Source of the DNA: Octopus vulgaris | Lineage: Eukaryota | Length of the DNA: 64,000 bases | Direction of reading: 5' to 3' | Assembly: GCA_951406725.2 (NCBI GenBank) | Contig: OX597822.1 | Span: 87,544,001-87,608,000, forward strand | In this document: positions 57,901 through 63,993 of the stretch, piece by piece | Layout: each line of letters starts with the position of its first letter | Position numbering within the stretch: the first letter of the stretch is position 1 | Translations under genes and position numbers: made by a program | The notes under the pieces: model-generated | The model's input: the letters and a program-made list of their open reading frames with translations, nothing else | Databases searched by the model: none | Told to the model about the DNA's origin: nothing

Positions 57901-60900
57901 AACTGAAAAGTAGGAACATATTTTTATACAAAAAGAGTACGTTAAGACATTTATACATACCGGTTTTCCAGAAACCTCAAGTAAGGACTCATTTCCACTG
58001 TTCAAGTAATCCATATAATCAGCTTCTTTATTGAAGCCCTGTCAAATAAAAAAAAATTAGTTGTCTTTTTTTTTTTTACCTTAATAGTTGTCTCAGAGTT
58101 ATTGGAACTTAAAGTGAATGCTTTTGTCAAGAGATAGTAGTGGTGCTACAGTTAAGCAGAAGGATCTTCTCAACAGCACAACCAGTATATCACATAATAT
58201 TCCCAGATCTTGTAATTATTCCAACAGCTACATAAACTGAGATAAGTAGAATTAGGTGACCTACCAAAACTTACAAGACAAAGTAGGCTGTATGTGATTA
58301 ACTCACAGAACGTTATCCATTCAGCTTGATGATCATTGTCTAAGACCACAAAGGCTGCATCAGGTTTTCAAGTTGTAACCATAAGGTTATCAGTTCAATG
58401 CATTAACAATACATTCATAAAATAAATTCTTCATAAATTGAAATAATAACTATAGATAAAGTATTAATTTATTATTATCAATAGGATTTTTTTAAAAAAT
58501 ATGTTGTTGATGTCATAAGAACTTTTATAAACTTCAAGAAAATGTGAAGTAATTCTTATTTGGAAAGGTAGATCAGGAAGTAAGTAAATTTATAAACAAT
58601 AGGATGCAAGTATTGGGTTCAAAACTCTTTAGATAGAAGAAGTCAAAAGTTGTTTCTTGGGCAACCTTCAACATTTTAGATCTAAAGTGTTTTTCAACCC
58701 AGTATTTATATGCTGTTATTTACAATTTTATGTGGTCTAAAATTTTATACTTGTTGAATATGTGGAAATATTTTTGGCAATATCCTAAGCTTCTGAAATC
58801 TAATGCTCAGATTTTCATTGAATTGCAGAGCCAATGAAAGAGCCTATATGTGATCACTTGATCTGCTAAGCAGTTAAATCTTTTACAACACTGCAACCTT
58901 TACAAAAAAATGGAAGGACATACTGGATAATGTAGTCTGAGACAGACTGGTTAGAATGTCTGATCATAGATTCCTTGACCATAGTTTACCAGAAACTAAA
59001 CATCAAAAATCTTAGAGCCACTAAGGGAGTGTCTACAAGGTTTCTTGATCTATTAGAAAAAACAACCAAATCTCCCTCATCAAGCAATGTAATTCTAGAT
59101 AGTTCTAACAAAATGTAATATGTTTGATGAGAGATTTGTTCAAGCAGAGTTGACCTGAGGCTAAACAATAAATTGAGATACCTGAAGGCTCAAGGTATCC
59201 TTCAATTCTTTATACTTCTTCTGCCAGATATTATCGAGATTATTTTCTTTAATTTTCAGTTTTTTCAAAAGTTCTTCAGTTTTTGCTGTATGACCTCCAG
59301 GCAGTTTGACATTCTCCAAATGACGGAATCTGAAAATAAATAAAGAAAATTATATATTTGGAAAGGTTAATTCTCTAAGTTTAGTAGTTTTCTCTTAGAA
59401 ATTGAAAATCTGAGCCAATGAACTTAGTGAAATTTGGTTGACAAACATCAATTTATATATTTTCTTTTCACAAGATAATTTTTTCATATAATAGATGCAA
59501 TTGATCATGGAACAGTACTCTCCCCATCTACTTTCAAATGCTGTACAAAAACACCATCATCATCATCATATTAGACAATAATCAGGACAAAACAAGAATA
59601 ATATACCTGATTATAAAAAATTTCAGCATTACAAGTCTTCTAATAGTCCCCCCCTGTATCTCCAGTTTAAGATTGCATTAACTCTCAATATAGTTTCAAC
59701 TATATTACCAGTTTAAAATTACATACTTCTTCCAATCATATATGATTGGAACAGATATGTATGTTAACTAAAAATTACCTCAGCCAAATATAAATGTCAT
59801 TGCATTTGGGAATGGTTATTTTCAGTAGAACTTGGAGATAGTTTCACATATTCTCAGTAGGTATTTTTAACACTCATCACATTAGGAGGAACTAAAATGA
59901 TATAAACAGCTTTATTAATCTGTAGAAGATTAGCCTATCAGCTAAAAGTCCACTGTTTTGTTTCCCTTCATTGGCAATACACTGCGTCTAACAATGATAC
60001 TTAAAAAAGATTCAGTTCCTAGATAACGAGATAAATTTCCCTGATGCAAACAGTGATGGAAATATCTAACTGAATAGGGATTTTTTGAGCAGCTTGGAAG
60101 AGGCTAACATTCATGTTCAGGTTAAGAAAAATATCTAAACTGGTCAATAAAATGAAAAATGAAAATCTTCAACAGACCACTTTATCTTTTGATATTAGCA
60201 ATCTACAAAAGGAGAATACATTTTAGAATGGAAATATGTATTCCTTCACAGATCTTGTTTCATATGAACACATATCAATAAATGTAAACTTACTTTTCTT
60301 TCTTCTGTTCAATTTCTTTTCCTAACTCCTTGTGTTCCTGCAGCATACTTTCAGCTGTCTTATAGTCACGAGGTTTTTCAGAGGATTTCAATTTTGACTC
60401 CATAATTTCAGCCCATGCCAACTGAAATAATACATATCACACATTATACAATGTAATAAACATACTCACACATATAATATAGTATTTATTATGTGGTGAG
60501 CCTTGAATGCAGAGCATCTATGAATATTAGAAAGAAATGCTGTGAATATTCTTCATTGGATAATGTTAGTGTTTGCAAAAGAGAAGAGTTCATAGATATG
60601 TGATGTAAATGGATGATGAAAGCTGCATAAAAAAAAAATACCAAGTGAGGATGGAATTTGTAGAAGAGGAAGACTTAGATATGGGATGAAGTAGTGATAA
60701 CCAACCTCAGATACTGGAATTCACAAAATTGATGACAAAGGTTAACATGCAGTGCTAGAGAAAACTTGCATTGTCTTGAAAACTTGGCAGAGGAAACTCG
60801 AGAACAGGAATAGTAATAGTGATTGGGATGCATTTACTGCATTCATCCACAGTACTCTACTATTTATTCAATATCTTTCTGTCCCTCTTTCATTCACTAA

Positions 60901-63038
60901 ACCTCTCCTCACAGCTTCTTCCCAGCTTCATCTCTTTGGTACACCTCCACCTTTACAACAATCACTATGTCTTTTACTTCCCCTGACTCTTTCCATATTT
61001 CTCTAGCTTCTAATCACCACCTCTTTATGTCCATTTCATGCACCTTTCCATCCACATATCATGGGATAGCCTTTGATCTTCTCCAACACAATCCACCCCA
61101 CCATCCTTAGCACTCTCTGCCTGCCTGTTTGTCTTTTCCCCACCCGCACCTCTCTCTAATCCTTGGTAGTACACTTTCTCTTTCTCTTAATTACAGACCC
61201 AGCCCAACACTGTCGCTTCTGTTATTAACCACAATATACATTTGTTTCTTCTATTTTAAATTTCTCTCAACACTTCACGTGATGTCTTCATTCTCTCTCC
61301 TATTCCAACCCTTCCCCAGTCATAGAGATTCTATAGTCCAGCAAATTATTTAGTGATCTCACCGATGTTGATAAAATGCATCCAGTAAATTGTGTACAGT
61401 GTTTGGCAAATAAAGCAGATATACCACAAAGAATCTTGCCAAGGGCATGGTCATCTTTCTGATGTTGGTACCACAAAATCAACACCCACTACATTCAGCT
61501 AAGTGGTTGTTGGTGCTATGAAAAGCAACCAACTGTAGAAACTATGCCAAAACTGTGGCAACTGAGCAAGAGATGGTCTTCTAACCCTTCGGTATGATGG
61601 GCCTCCATTCAGTTTTTGTCCAATAATTCCATTCCAGAAGCGTTGATTGGCCCAGTTGGGGAAGGTAAGCAAACAGGTGCCACATTACCAGATGACAAAC
61701 TTCAGAATCTTTTTGTTCTTTACTCTTTACATGTGAAAAACAAATAAATAAAAGTAAAACAAACTGTTTTTACAATTGTTTACTTGCTTGTGATGAAAAA
61801 TGTTCTCATACTCAAACAGGAATAGAAGTTATCCCTGGCTGTCACTAAATGATTCAGTACCACTGGATCATCCAGTGGCAGAATGTGTTTGGTGGACTGC
61901 AGCTGATGTTGTCCATTACAAATCAAACAGTTACAGCAGAAATTTACATGATGCAACTCAAGTGTGTGCTGGATAGCTTACTTTAAAAGCAAAAGGCATA
62001 GTTCATTAGATGGAAGTAATATTCCTACAGAACAATGCAAGACTTTATACTACAATGCTTACCCCCAAGATGATTTGTGCTTTATGATGGCAGGTATTTG
62101 TGCTCCCACCATATTCTCCTGACACCTCTCCAAGTGATTAAAGACAGTCCTATGCAAAATACACATCTCCATAATAAAACACATGAGAGAAGAGGTCAGG
62201 TTATTTTCTAAAGACAAAATATTTTACAAAGATGGAATTCAAACTTGTATTGCAATGAGAAAGGGTTGTGGTTTGCAAAGGTGCTTATTTTAATGAATAA
62301 CACATTTAATAAAAATGTCTGCAACTGTTCAAGTTATACTGTTTTTGTTACTTGATACATATACAGACATCTTTGACAGCCATATAAAGAATATCAACAA
62401 TCAAGTAGAGACAGGACATTTACTATAAACTTACAGACTCCAAACAATATCTTCCATTCAATTCAGGCCATCCGAGACATCAGAATGAATGTCTCTTATA
62501 ACCTAGCCAAAAGGATTTGTACAAGAACATCTGATACAAACATCTAAGATATATGATGTTAAGAACTGAAGGATAGACCTTGAAGGAATTATCCACCATC
62601 CTTGATTAATAATGGAATACAAATAAGCCAAGAAATTCAATATCCAGGAACTAAAATAAATAAATAAATTGGAATTGAAGGTCCTGCATCAGATTCCAAA
62701 ATATATCATTACTGAAAATGGAGCCCAGGCTAAACAAAATCTTCCAAATACATACTATCATAAAGAGTAAAAGGCTGCCCAAATCAAAGAGAGACAGGAG
62801 GCCTGTTGCTTAATTTGAGGTCTCTGGGACATTACACACAATCAACAACTATTAGAAATATAACCAATTAAGATACATTCTGGAAATTTTATGCCAAGTG
62901 TTAGATTAGCAGATATTGACCAGATCAATAACTAATTAGTTAAGAAAAGAAAATACTTACAAGATCTTTGCCATCTTCTGCAAACTGATGTTGTGTAACA
63001 GAATCATCAAGCTGTTTCCTTCTTTTTTGTACTTTGTC
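1453..63038 (-). CDS. SPTBN5: Beta-heavy spectrin (SPTBN5/karst-like), internal 41-exon part of the spectrin-repeat rod; gene extends beyond both window ends
   Basis: 41 GT-AG exons with compatible phases join into 1918 stop-free codons with ~106-aa periodicity (conserved helix-A Trp, GxD..V..LLKKH, KHQAFEAEL). About 18 repeats with no CH/PH/SH3/EF domain exceeds conventional beta-spectrin (17 repeats) and lacks the central SH3 of alpha-spectrin. YGEDYEH and GRDYEHC motifs recall beta-H spectrins. Orthology is by recognition, not by search. Confidence 0.88.
2960..3146 (-). CDS. SPTBN5: beta-H spectrin exon w40 (187 nt)
   Basis: FESLSEPFNIREENLNDSLQLYRFYRDLEDELTWINEKQPIVESKDFGKSLPEVQNLLKKFQ; phase 2-0. 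Confidence 0.93.
3206..3323 (+). pseudogene. Degenerate 5S rRNA retrocopy
   Basis: GTTTATGACCATATCACACTGAAAGCACC...TAAGCAGCGTTGAGCTTAGTTAGTACTT..ATGAGAG...TGGGAA...GGTGCTGTAAAC is collinear with full-length metazoan 5S rRNA, with many substitutions. Confidence 0.85.
3463..4345 (+). mobile_element. Decayed mariner transposon
   Basis: HTH peptide RANVKFCIKLGRSATETLSML..AYG..VMGRTQCFEWHRRFK; later HPP*SPDLALADFHLFPKMK; degenerate TIRs bounded by TA. Confidence 0.85.
4421..4450. repeat. (TAC)n microsatellite
   Basis: 10 perfect units. Confidence 0.95.
4472..4602 (-). CDS. SPTBN5: beta-H spectrin exon w39 (131 nt)
   Basis: RLKQDFENHRKKTNNLYESTKSLKEENHFMGKELMKRTQETID; phase 0-2. Confidence 0.89.
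5638..5763 (-). CDS. SPTBN5: beta-H spectrin exon w38 (126 nt)
   Basis: ALTINRDLDDLNQWLDETESQLTSEDHGKDLVTVTMLIKKNQ. Confidence 0.92.
5888..6287 (-). mobile_element. tRNA-head SINE family A (internal microsatellite), near full length
   Basis: Reverse complement of the copies at 27738 and 29208. Confidence 0.85.
6890..7905 (+). mobile_element. CR1/L2-like LINE reverse transcriptase fragment (disrupted)
   Basis: NYHSISLTSHIIKVFE, NQHGF, YLYFSKAFD, GVPQGTVLGPLLFIIYINDI, FADDSK; stops and frameshifts. Confidence 0.9.
8319..8390. repeat. (CA)n(TA)n compound microsatellite
   Basis: Seen directly. Confidence 0.95.
8790..9400. mobile_element. Two tail-to-tail RTE 3'-end fragments
   Basis: Plus copy ends GTCCAACCTATGCCAGTATGG..GTTAAACAACGATGAT (~9010); minus copy starts CATCATCATTGTTTAACATC (~9033). 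Confidence 0.7.
9972..10109 (-). CDS. SPTBN5: beta-H spectrin exon w37 (138 nt)
   Basis: EGTKLVQADHYAKEEIDISLKELECCWKELFSTSNRKYQYLKEAFE. Confidence 0.91.
10963..11180 (-). mobile_element. SINE family A head fragment plus (TA)n(CA)n
   Basis: GGTGCCATGCAGTGGGACTGAACC and the rest of the family head. Confidence 0.8.
11274..11420 (-). CDS. SPTBN5: beta-H spectrin exon w36 (147 nt)
   Basis: VTNWIQEKLKIASEENYKDPTNLQAKIQKHTAFEAELTANRNRVDDIVQ. Confidence 0.94.
11544..11576. repeat. (TG)n microsatellite
   Basis: Seen directly. Confidence 0.95.
11632..11895 (-). CDS. SPTBN5: beta-H spectrin exon w35 (264 nt)
   Basis: DSLYSVEELLKKHKAFEKTLHSQQDKIEDLKQFSDNLCNEQHYAS...LDDARKYQLFLRNLYE. Confidence 0.93.
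12380..12625 (-). mobile_element. Mariner 3'-end remnant
   Basis: Minus frame FYADGIFKLPDRWAKVINNGNYFIE* (mariner C-terminus); TIR-like TATTAGGTTGTCTGGAAAG. Confidence 0.75.
12747..12956. mobile_element. piggyBac-type MITE (~202 bp) with TTAA TSD
   Basis: TTAA-CCCTTTCGTTAC ... GTAACGATAGGG-TTAA (11/12 TIR match). Confidence 0.8.
13207..13284 (-). CDS. SPTBN5: beta-H spectrin exon w34 (78 nt)
   Basis: IYKETVEQVDGWLAAKEAILSNKDVG. Confidence 0.9.
13593..14100 (-). mobile_element. RTE 3' UTR fragment with internal tandem subrepeats
   Basis: (CAT)n tail; GGATGCCCTTCCTAACGCCAACCACT; repeated GATCATGCTCGAATGGTGC-like units. Confidence 0.8.
14880..15080 (-). mobile_element. Old LINE RT C-terminal fragment
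   Basis: SLAFKMHLNKLRAKVSIWNNILQEL resembles the post-RT region of non-LTR elements. Confidence 0.45.
16459..16659 (-). CDS. SPTBN5: beta-H spectrin exon w33 (201 nt)
   Basis: AEIDGRQKLFKVVREQGNNLLKK...LTGAWDKRNKLLTACHNLQ. Confidence 0.91.
16880..17620 (+). mobile_element. Penelope-like element RT fragment
   Basis: MGAFD..DICDL..LYIL, GLYKDD, VNFLDVMLDL..YRPYCKPN, VLWFALPFSLSIKTCIGR. Confidence 0.75.
18344..18445 (-). CDS. SPTBN5: beta-H spectrin exon w32 (102 nt)
   Basis: VNWSSNMAKQINTSELAKDSLEAENMLQLHHERK. Confidence 0.89.
20863..20923 (-). CDS. SPTBN5: beta-H spectrin exon w31 (61 nt)
   Basis: KSKLAESYELLKFLSDANES; phase 2-0; long pyrimidine tract + CAG. Confidence 0.85.
21211..22190 (-). 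mobile_element. RTE LINE 3' part (ORF2 end + UTR), decayed
   Basis: IRCSVQKRRLHWFGHVMHMNEDSGIKRCRSLIVEG; (CAT)n tail. Confidence 0.85.
22702..22823 (-). CDS. SPTBN5: beta-H spectrin exon w30 (122 nt)
   Basis: KLGKHADKLEQKYPHLSGSIEKKLTEAKISWEDLQKLLRK; phase 0-2. Confidence 0.89.
24143..24256 (-). CDS. SPTBN5: beta-H spectrin exon w29 (114 nt)
   Basis: EVQLSTDDYGKNLAAVQLLLRKQEKIDMDFTVLEADIK. Confidence 0.91.
24534..24648 (-). CDS. SPTBN5: beta-H spectrin exon w28 (115 nt)
   Basis: WRQLQGALKKYKSELENHSEIHAFNRDVNDVKERIKEK; phase 2-0. Confidence 0.9.
25350..25447 (-). CDS. SPTBN5: beta-H spectrin exon w27 (98 nt)
   Basis: GIRVDENRIQSISDLADKLNKEAKEKRDHMIK; phase 0-2. Confidence 0.86.
25530..26910 (+). 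mobile_element. RTE LINE ORF2 (RT) fragment, disrupted
   Basis: KTGKASSPSGITTEMLK, EKAFDRV, VGVHQGSVL, LYADDL, FCYLGD. Confidence 0.88.
27126..27652. mobile_element. Putative MITE/foldback element with 40-bp TIRs
   Basis: 27126-27165 and 27613-27652 are inverted repeats (37/40); internal direct repeat ATTCTGGTTGTTTGACTTCCTG. Confidence 0.6.
27738..28167 (+). mobile_element. SINE family A, full length
   Basis: tRNA-like head (GGCTGTGTGGTAAG; GGTTCAGTCCC), CORE-like CACCTTGGGCAAGT, internal (TA)n(TG)n, AGTAAAAG tail. Confidence 0.88.
28208..28294 (-). CDS. SPTBN5: beta-H spectrin exon w26 (87 nt)
   Basis: EILVNAGDMGRDYEHCLELLKKVNNQDAA. Confidence 0.9.
29208..29615 (+). mobile_element. SINE family A, full length
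   Basis: Collinear with the 27738 copy. Confidence 0.88.
29944..30132 (-). CDS. SPTBN5: beta-H spectrin exon w25 (189 nt)
   Basis: NGEALIKKNYQKQEIQQSINSMTSKWNNLLHAAESRGKGLEAARDLLSFYEQIEKVNAWMREK. Confidence 0.92.
30855..30905. repeat. (GA)n plus G-run inside a purine-rich tract
   Basis: Seen directly. Confidence 0.95.
31298..31456 (-). CDS. SPTBN5: beta-H spectrin exon w24 (159 nt)
   Basis: LENWMDDKLKVAVDDDVVKDTTDLNVKLKKLQKHQAFVSEIYANTDRIEKTKQ. Confidence 0.92.
32523..32613 (-). CDS. SPTBN5: beta-H spectrin exon w23 (91 nt)
   Basis: RKAIKNQCNARKENLQNSLGYFRFKRDQDE; phase 2-0. Confidence 0.88.
33644..33735 (-). CDS. SPTBN5: beta-H spectrin exon w22 (92 nt)
   Basis: LESVKCQAKELLKNKHVSSDIEAPLEAVIK; phase 0-2. 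Confidence 0.86.
33937..34041 (-). CDS. SPTBN5: beta-H spectrin exon w21 (105 nt)
   Basis: ASLNTSDCGLNVEEAETLARKHADFENLVVAQDEK. Confidence 0.9.
34878..35027 (-). CDS. SPTBN5: beta-H spectrin exon w20 (150 nt)
   Basis: IQEKVDQILLTQDRLNTLWDERKQYNNQLHGLHVFLRDTNQLNRIASSQE. Confidence 0.91.
36599..36802 (-). CDS. SPTBN5: beta-H spectrin exon w19 (204 nt)
   Basis: AAG acceptor; VRELLGWASEIEREMSSKTQVRDLQAVLQLENRHNELKAEIDARQ...NNHYAKAE. Confidence 0.91.
38000..38550 (+). mobile_element. Cluster of about 3 degenerate SINE family B copies
   Basis: Repeated GTGGCAAGCT..CAGAAT, GTTCAAATTC and GACTTTGCCTTTCATCCTTT with (ATT)n tails; relatives near 9760, 18070, 22400 and 43110. Confidence 0.7.
38545..38760 (-). 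mobile_element. RLE-type (R4/Dong-like) LINE 3' end
   Basis: LWRVSTKVIPVFIGALRTI resembles the restriction-like endonuclease C-terminus. Confidence 0.55.
38949..39131 (-). CDS. SPTBN5: beta-H spectrin exon w18 (183 nt)
   Basis: LQVLMDDSSHLLKVYTSEELRNSIISSKQEILAKWSELQEMAELRKEKLAAAANYHHFQTS. Confidence 0.92.
39306..39416 (-). CDS. SPTBN5: beta-H spectrin exon w17 (111 nt)
   Basis: EKRSSIPDDLGRDMQTTASYQKRHEVFENDLMALEAQ. Confidence 0.92.
39895..40288 (-). mobile_element. SINE family A, full length, little decayed
   Basis: Reverse complement of the 27738/29208 copies; CpGs retained. Confidence 0.88.
40323..40437 (-). CDS. SPTBN5: beta-H spectrin exon w16 (115 nt)
   Basis: DSWNQLLVQIETRQEKLRAASQLHRFSRDVADALDRIQ; phase 2-0. 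Confidence 0.92.
40565..40960 (-). mobile_element. SINE family A head with an alternative (RTE-like) tail
   Basis: Family A head at ~40800-40960, joined to a GGCTGGATGC..(CAT)n tail. Confidence 0.6.
41726..41871 (-). CDS. SPTBN5: beta-H spectrin exon w15 (146 nt)
   Basis: VLQGKFDEFKWNIEAGVERFNRCDKLAGLLIEADGPYANEVRKKQESL; phase 0-2. Confidence 0.91.
42508..42690 (-). CDS. SPTBN5: beta-H spectrin exon w14 (183 nt)
   Basis: DGLYDMLNKLKQLSAERRVKLEESKNIHAFRREHADCEEWIAEQMQIASLEEYGEDYEHFE. Confidence 0.92.
42873..43103. repeat. (GAGT)n/GAATGT compound satellite
   Basis: Units GTGAGTGAGTGAGTGAAT and GTGAGTGTGAAT; produces the spurious HSLTFT ORF. Confidence 0.95.
43328..43558 (-). CDS. SPTBN5: beta-H spectrin exon w13 (231 nt)
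   Basis: AAG acceptor; YLSEVAEVTSWINYQMEILSSTDYGKDENAADRLLAKNK...SMIRKTQ. Confidence 0.9.
44465..45122 (+). mobile_element. RTE LINE 3' end
   Basis: GRGTPRKTWDEVVK peptide, 3' UTR, (GAT)n tail. Confidence 0.82.
45930..46130 (-). CDS. SPTBN5: beta-H spectrin exon w12 (201 nt)
   Basis: KLGVEIQGHQPLIDKVLSTGAKLIQEQHFASKSIKDKCQDLQLSWDDLL...LDLSLQTQK. Confidence 0.92.
48362..48548 (-). CDS. SPTBN5: beta-H spectrin exon w11 (187 nt)
   Basis: FEKLTPKFNSRKQTLNQAYGWHQMNFDVDNELLWIKEK...YGKTLLEAQNLHTKHQ; phase 2-0. Confidence 0.92.
48840..48998 (+). mobile_element. SINE family A head, decayed
   Basis: GGTTCAGTCTC...GGCACCTTGG...TTGTGAGTGAATTTGGTAGAC. Confidence 0.7.
49115..49245 (-). CDS. SPTBN5: beta-H spectrin exon w10 (131 nt)
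   Basis: NLENEKASVEENLKVLTCQSQELARADPKNKANIIQSVNEANI; phase 0-2. Confidence 0.87.
49720..50670 (+). mobile_element. Decayed mariner transposase
   Basis: KVSTQWVPHLTPDQK, KVMISFCFWNKGIVFVDYL..TIDGEYY, HPLCSPHLAPSDYHLFP. Confidence 0.85.
50683..50910 (-). mobile_element. SINE family A 3' half
   Basis: TTTTACTTATTTCAGTCATTTGACTGCAG... matches the family tail. Confidence 0.8.
51100..51800. mobile_element. Penelope-like GIY-YIG endonuclease fragments in inverted arrangement
   Basis: Minus: NFTCASENLIYVIRFSGCHKNYIGSTG; plus: KKCGHPNCRTYP...NFTCTFENLIYMI. Confidence 0.8.
52077..52166 (-). CDS. SPTBN5: beta-H spectrin exon w9 (90 nt)
   Basis: TAG|VSITELGNKVKCEDVGSDLRNCKDLLKKHQ|GTTTGT; phase 0-0; exon begins GTAAGT. 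Confidence 0.86.
52618..52791 (-). CDS. SPTBN5: beta-H spectrin exon w8 (174 nt)
   Basis: DGKALLDSGHENSKEVQDILGQVNKQWEELY...DLNKSVDDSI|GTAAGT; overlaps ORF 52534..52779. Confidence 0.9.
53045..54030 (-). mobile_element. RTE-clade LINE fragments (second family)
   Basis: LRWFGDIERM..AEVEGSRTRGRPWFVWMDGV; KASDIDG..ECLK; LYKGKGDK. Confidence 0.8.
54045..54270 (+). mobile_element. BovB-like RTE ORF2 C-terminus
   Basis: SLEKDIMLGMVSGKRGRGRPRTHWLDTIK...WRTMIHRVTESRLRL. Confidence 0.78.
54522..54665 (-). CDS. SPTBN5: beta-H spectrin exon w7 (144 nt)
   Basis: LSEWIKNKNQSVKDTSKGSTNLSGALLKHQAFEAELKANSEWLQSLNK; phase 0-0. Confidence 0.9.
55211..55334 (-). CDS. SPTBN5: beta-H spectrin exon w6 (124 nt)
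   Basis: IGKRKNQILQHRAAVKEKASKRAEDLEKARKFFEFKRNANE|GTGAGT; phase 2-0. Confidence 0.88.
55455..55630 (+). mobile_element. RTE 3' UTR tail fragment
   Basis: GGCATGTAAAAAGCACCCACTACACT...CCCATGCCAACAT..GGACATTAAACAATGATGAT. Confidence 0.75.
57106..57245 (-). CDS. SPTBN5: beta-H spectrin exon w5 (140 nt)
   Basis: DSLDDVVCQIRQNELFCSKMKAGDERVNAFKQKADTLLNENHPDSE; phase 0-2. Confidence 0.87.
57961..58038 (-). CDS. SPTBN5: beta-H spectrin exon w4 (78 nt)
   Basis: GFNKEADYMDYLNSGNESLLEVSGKP; phase 0-0. Confidence 0.84.
59182..59329 (-). CDS. SPTBN5: beta-H spectrin exon w3 (148 nt)
   Basis: FRHLENVKLPGGHTAKTEELLKKLKIKENNLDNIWQKKYKELKDTLSLQ; phase 2-0; AG/GT ends. Confidence 0.86.
60294..60421 (-). 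CDS. SPTBN5: beta-H spectrin exon w2 (128 nt)
   Basis: CAG|LAWAEIMESKLKSSEKPRDYKTAESMLQEHKELGKEIEQKKE|GTAAGT; phase 0-2. Confidence 0.88.
62330..62720 (+). mobile_element. Penelope-like RT C-terminal fragment
   Basis: TDSKQYLPFNSGHP and LAKRICT motifs. Confidence 0.6.
62961..63038 (-). CDS. SPTBN5: beta-H spectrin exon w1 (78 nt)
   Basis: TAG|DKVQKRRKQLDDSVTQHQFAEDGKDL|GTAAGT; phase 0-0. Confidence 0.85.
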
Positions 63039-63432
63039 CTACAATATGCAAAGAAACTATAATTATCAAATTTAACAAACACAACTAGAATTGATTACAT
63101 TTCCAAAAGCCTCTAATTATTCCTTTGGTTAGACAGAGAATAAATGATAAATTTTATTTATTTTGTTGTAGGTAAACATTTTATGCCATGTTCATAGCTC
63201 AGAGAGTGGATCTGAGCTGTAGCCTTATAAGCAGAAAAGAGAGTGCAGCAGTATTGATTTTAATCTCAATGATGACACGGTGAAAAGAATAGGTTAATCT
63301 ATCAACATATTATTTGGAAACAATTAATGATGCAAAAACAAACAAATTTAAAATTCTAAAAGGACTATTTTCAACAGTCTTTTGAAATTAAATAGGAAAA
63401 TATATTTATCAAATTAATTTTAAACATATATA

Positions 63433-63662
63433 TACTCTTTTACTTGTTTCAGTCATTTGACAGTGGCCATGCTCTAGCATCGCCTTTAGTCGAGTAAATC
63501 GACCCCAGGACTTATTCTTTGTAAGCCTAGTACTTATTCTGTCGGTCTCTTTTGCCGAACCGCTAAGTTACAGGGACGTAAACACACCAGCATCGGTTGT
63601 CAAGCGATGTTGGGGGGGACAAACACAGACACACAAACACACACACAAATAAATATATATAT
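63433..63662 (-). mobile_element. SINE family A 3' half
   Basis: Matches the family tail and internal microsatellite. Confidence 0.85.
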
Positions 63663-63663
63663 A

Positions 63664-63993
63664 TCATCATCATCATTTAGCGTCCGTTTTCCATGCTAGC
63701 ATGGGTTGGACGGTTCAACTGGGGTCTGGGGAGCCCGAAGGCTGCACCAGGCCAGTCAGATCTGGCAGTGTTTCTACAGCTGGATGCCCTTCCTAACGCC
63801 AACCACTCCGAGAGTGTAGTGGGTGATTTTATGTGCCACCGACACAGGTGCCAGACGAGGCTGGCGAACGGCCACGCTCGGATGGTGTTTTTATGTGCCA
63901 TCCGAGCGTGGCCGTTCGCCAGCCTCGTCTGGCACCTGTGTCGGTGGCACATAAAATCACCCACTACACTCTCGGAGTGGTTGGCGTTAGGAA
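63664..63993 (-). mobile_element. RTE 3' UTR copy ending in a fold-back inversion
   Basis: (CAT)n tail; 63790-63885 is exactly inverted at 63898-63993. Confidence 0.85.

Noticed and set aside
1453-63038. Alpha-spectrin, conventional beta-spectrin, or dystrophin/plakin assignment
   Set aside because: About 18 uninterrupted canonical 106-aa repeats with no SH3, tetramerisation end or EF hands; the motifs fit beta-heavy spectrin.
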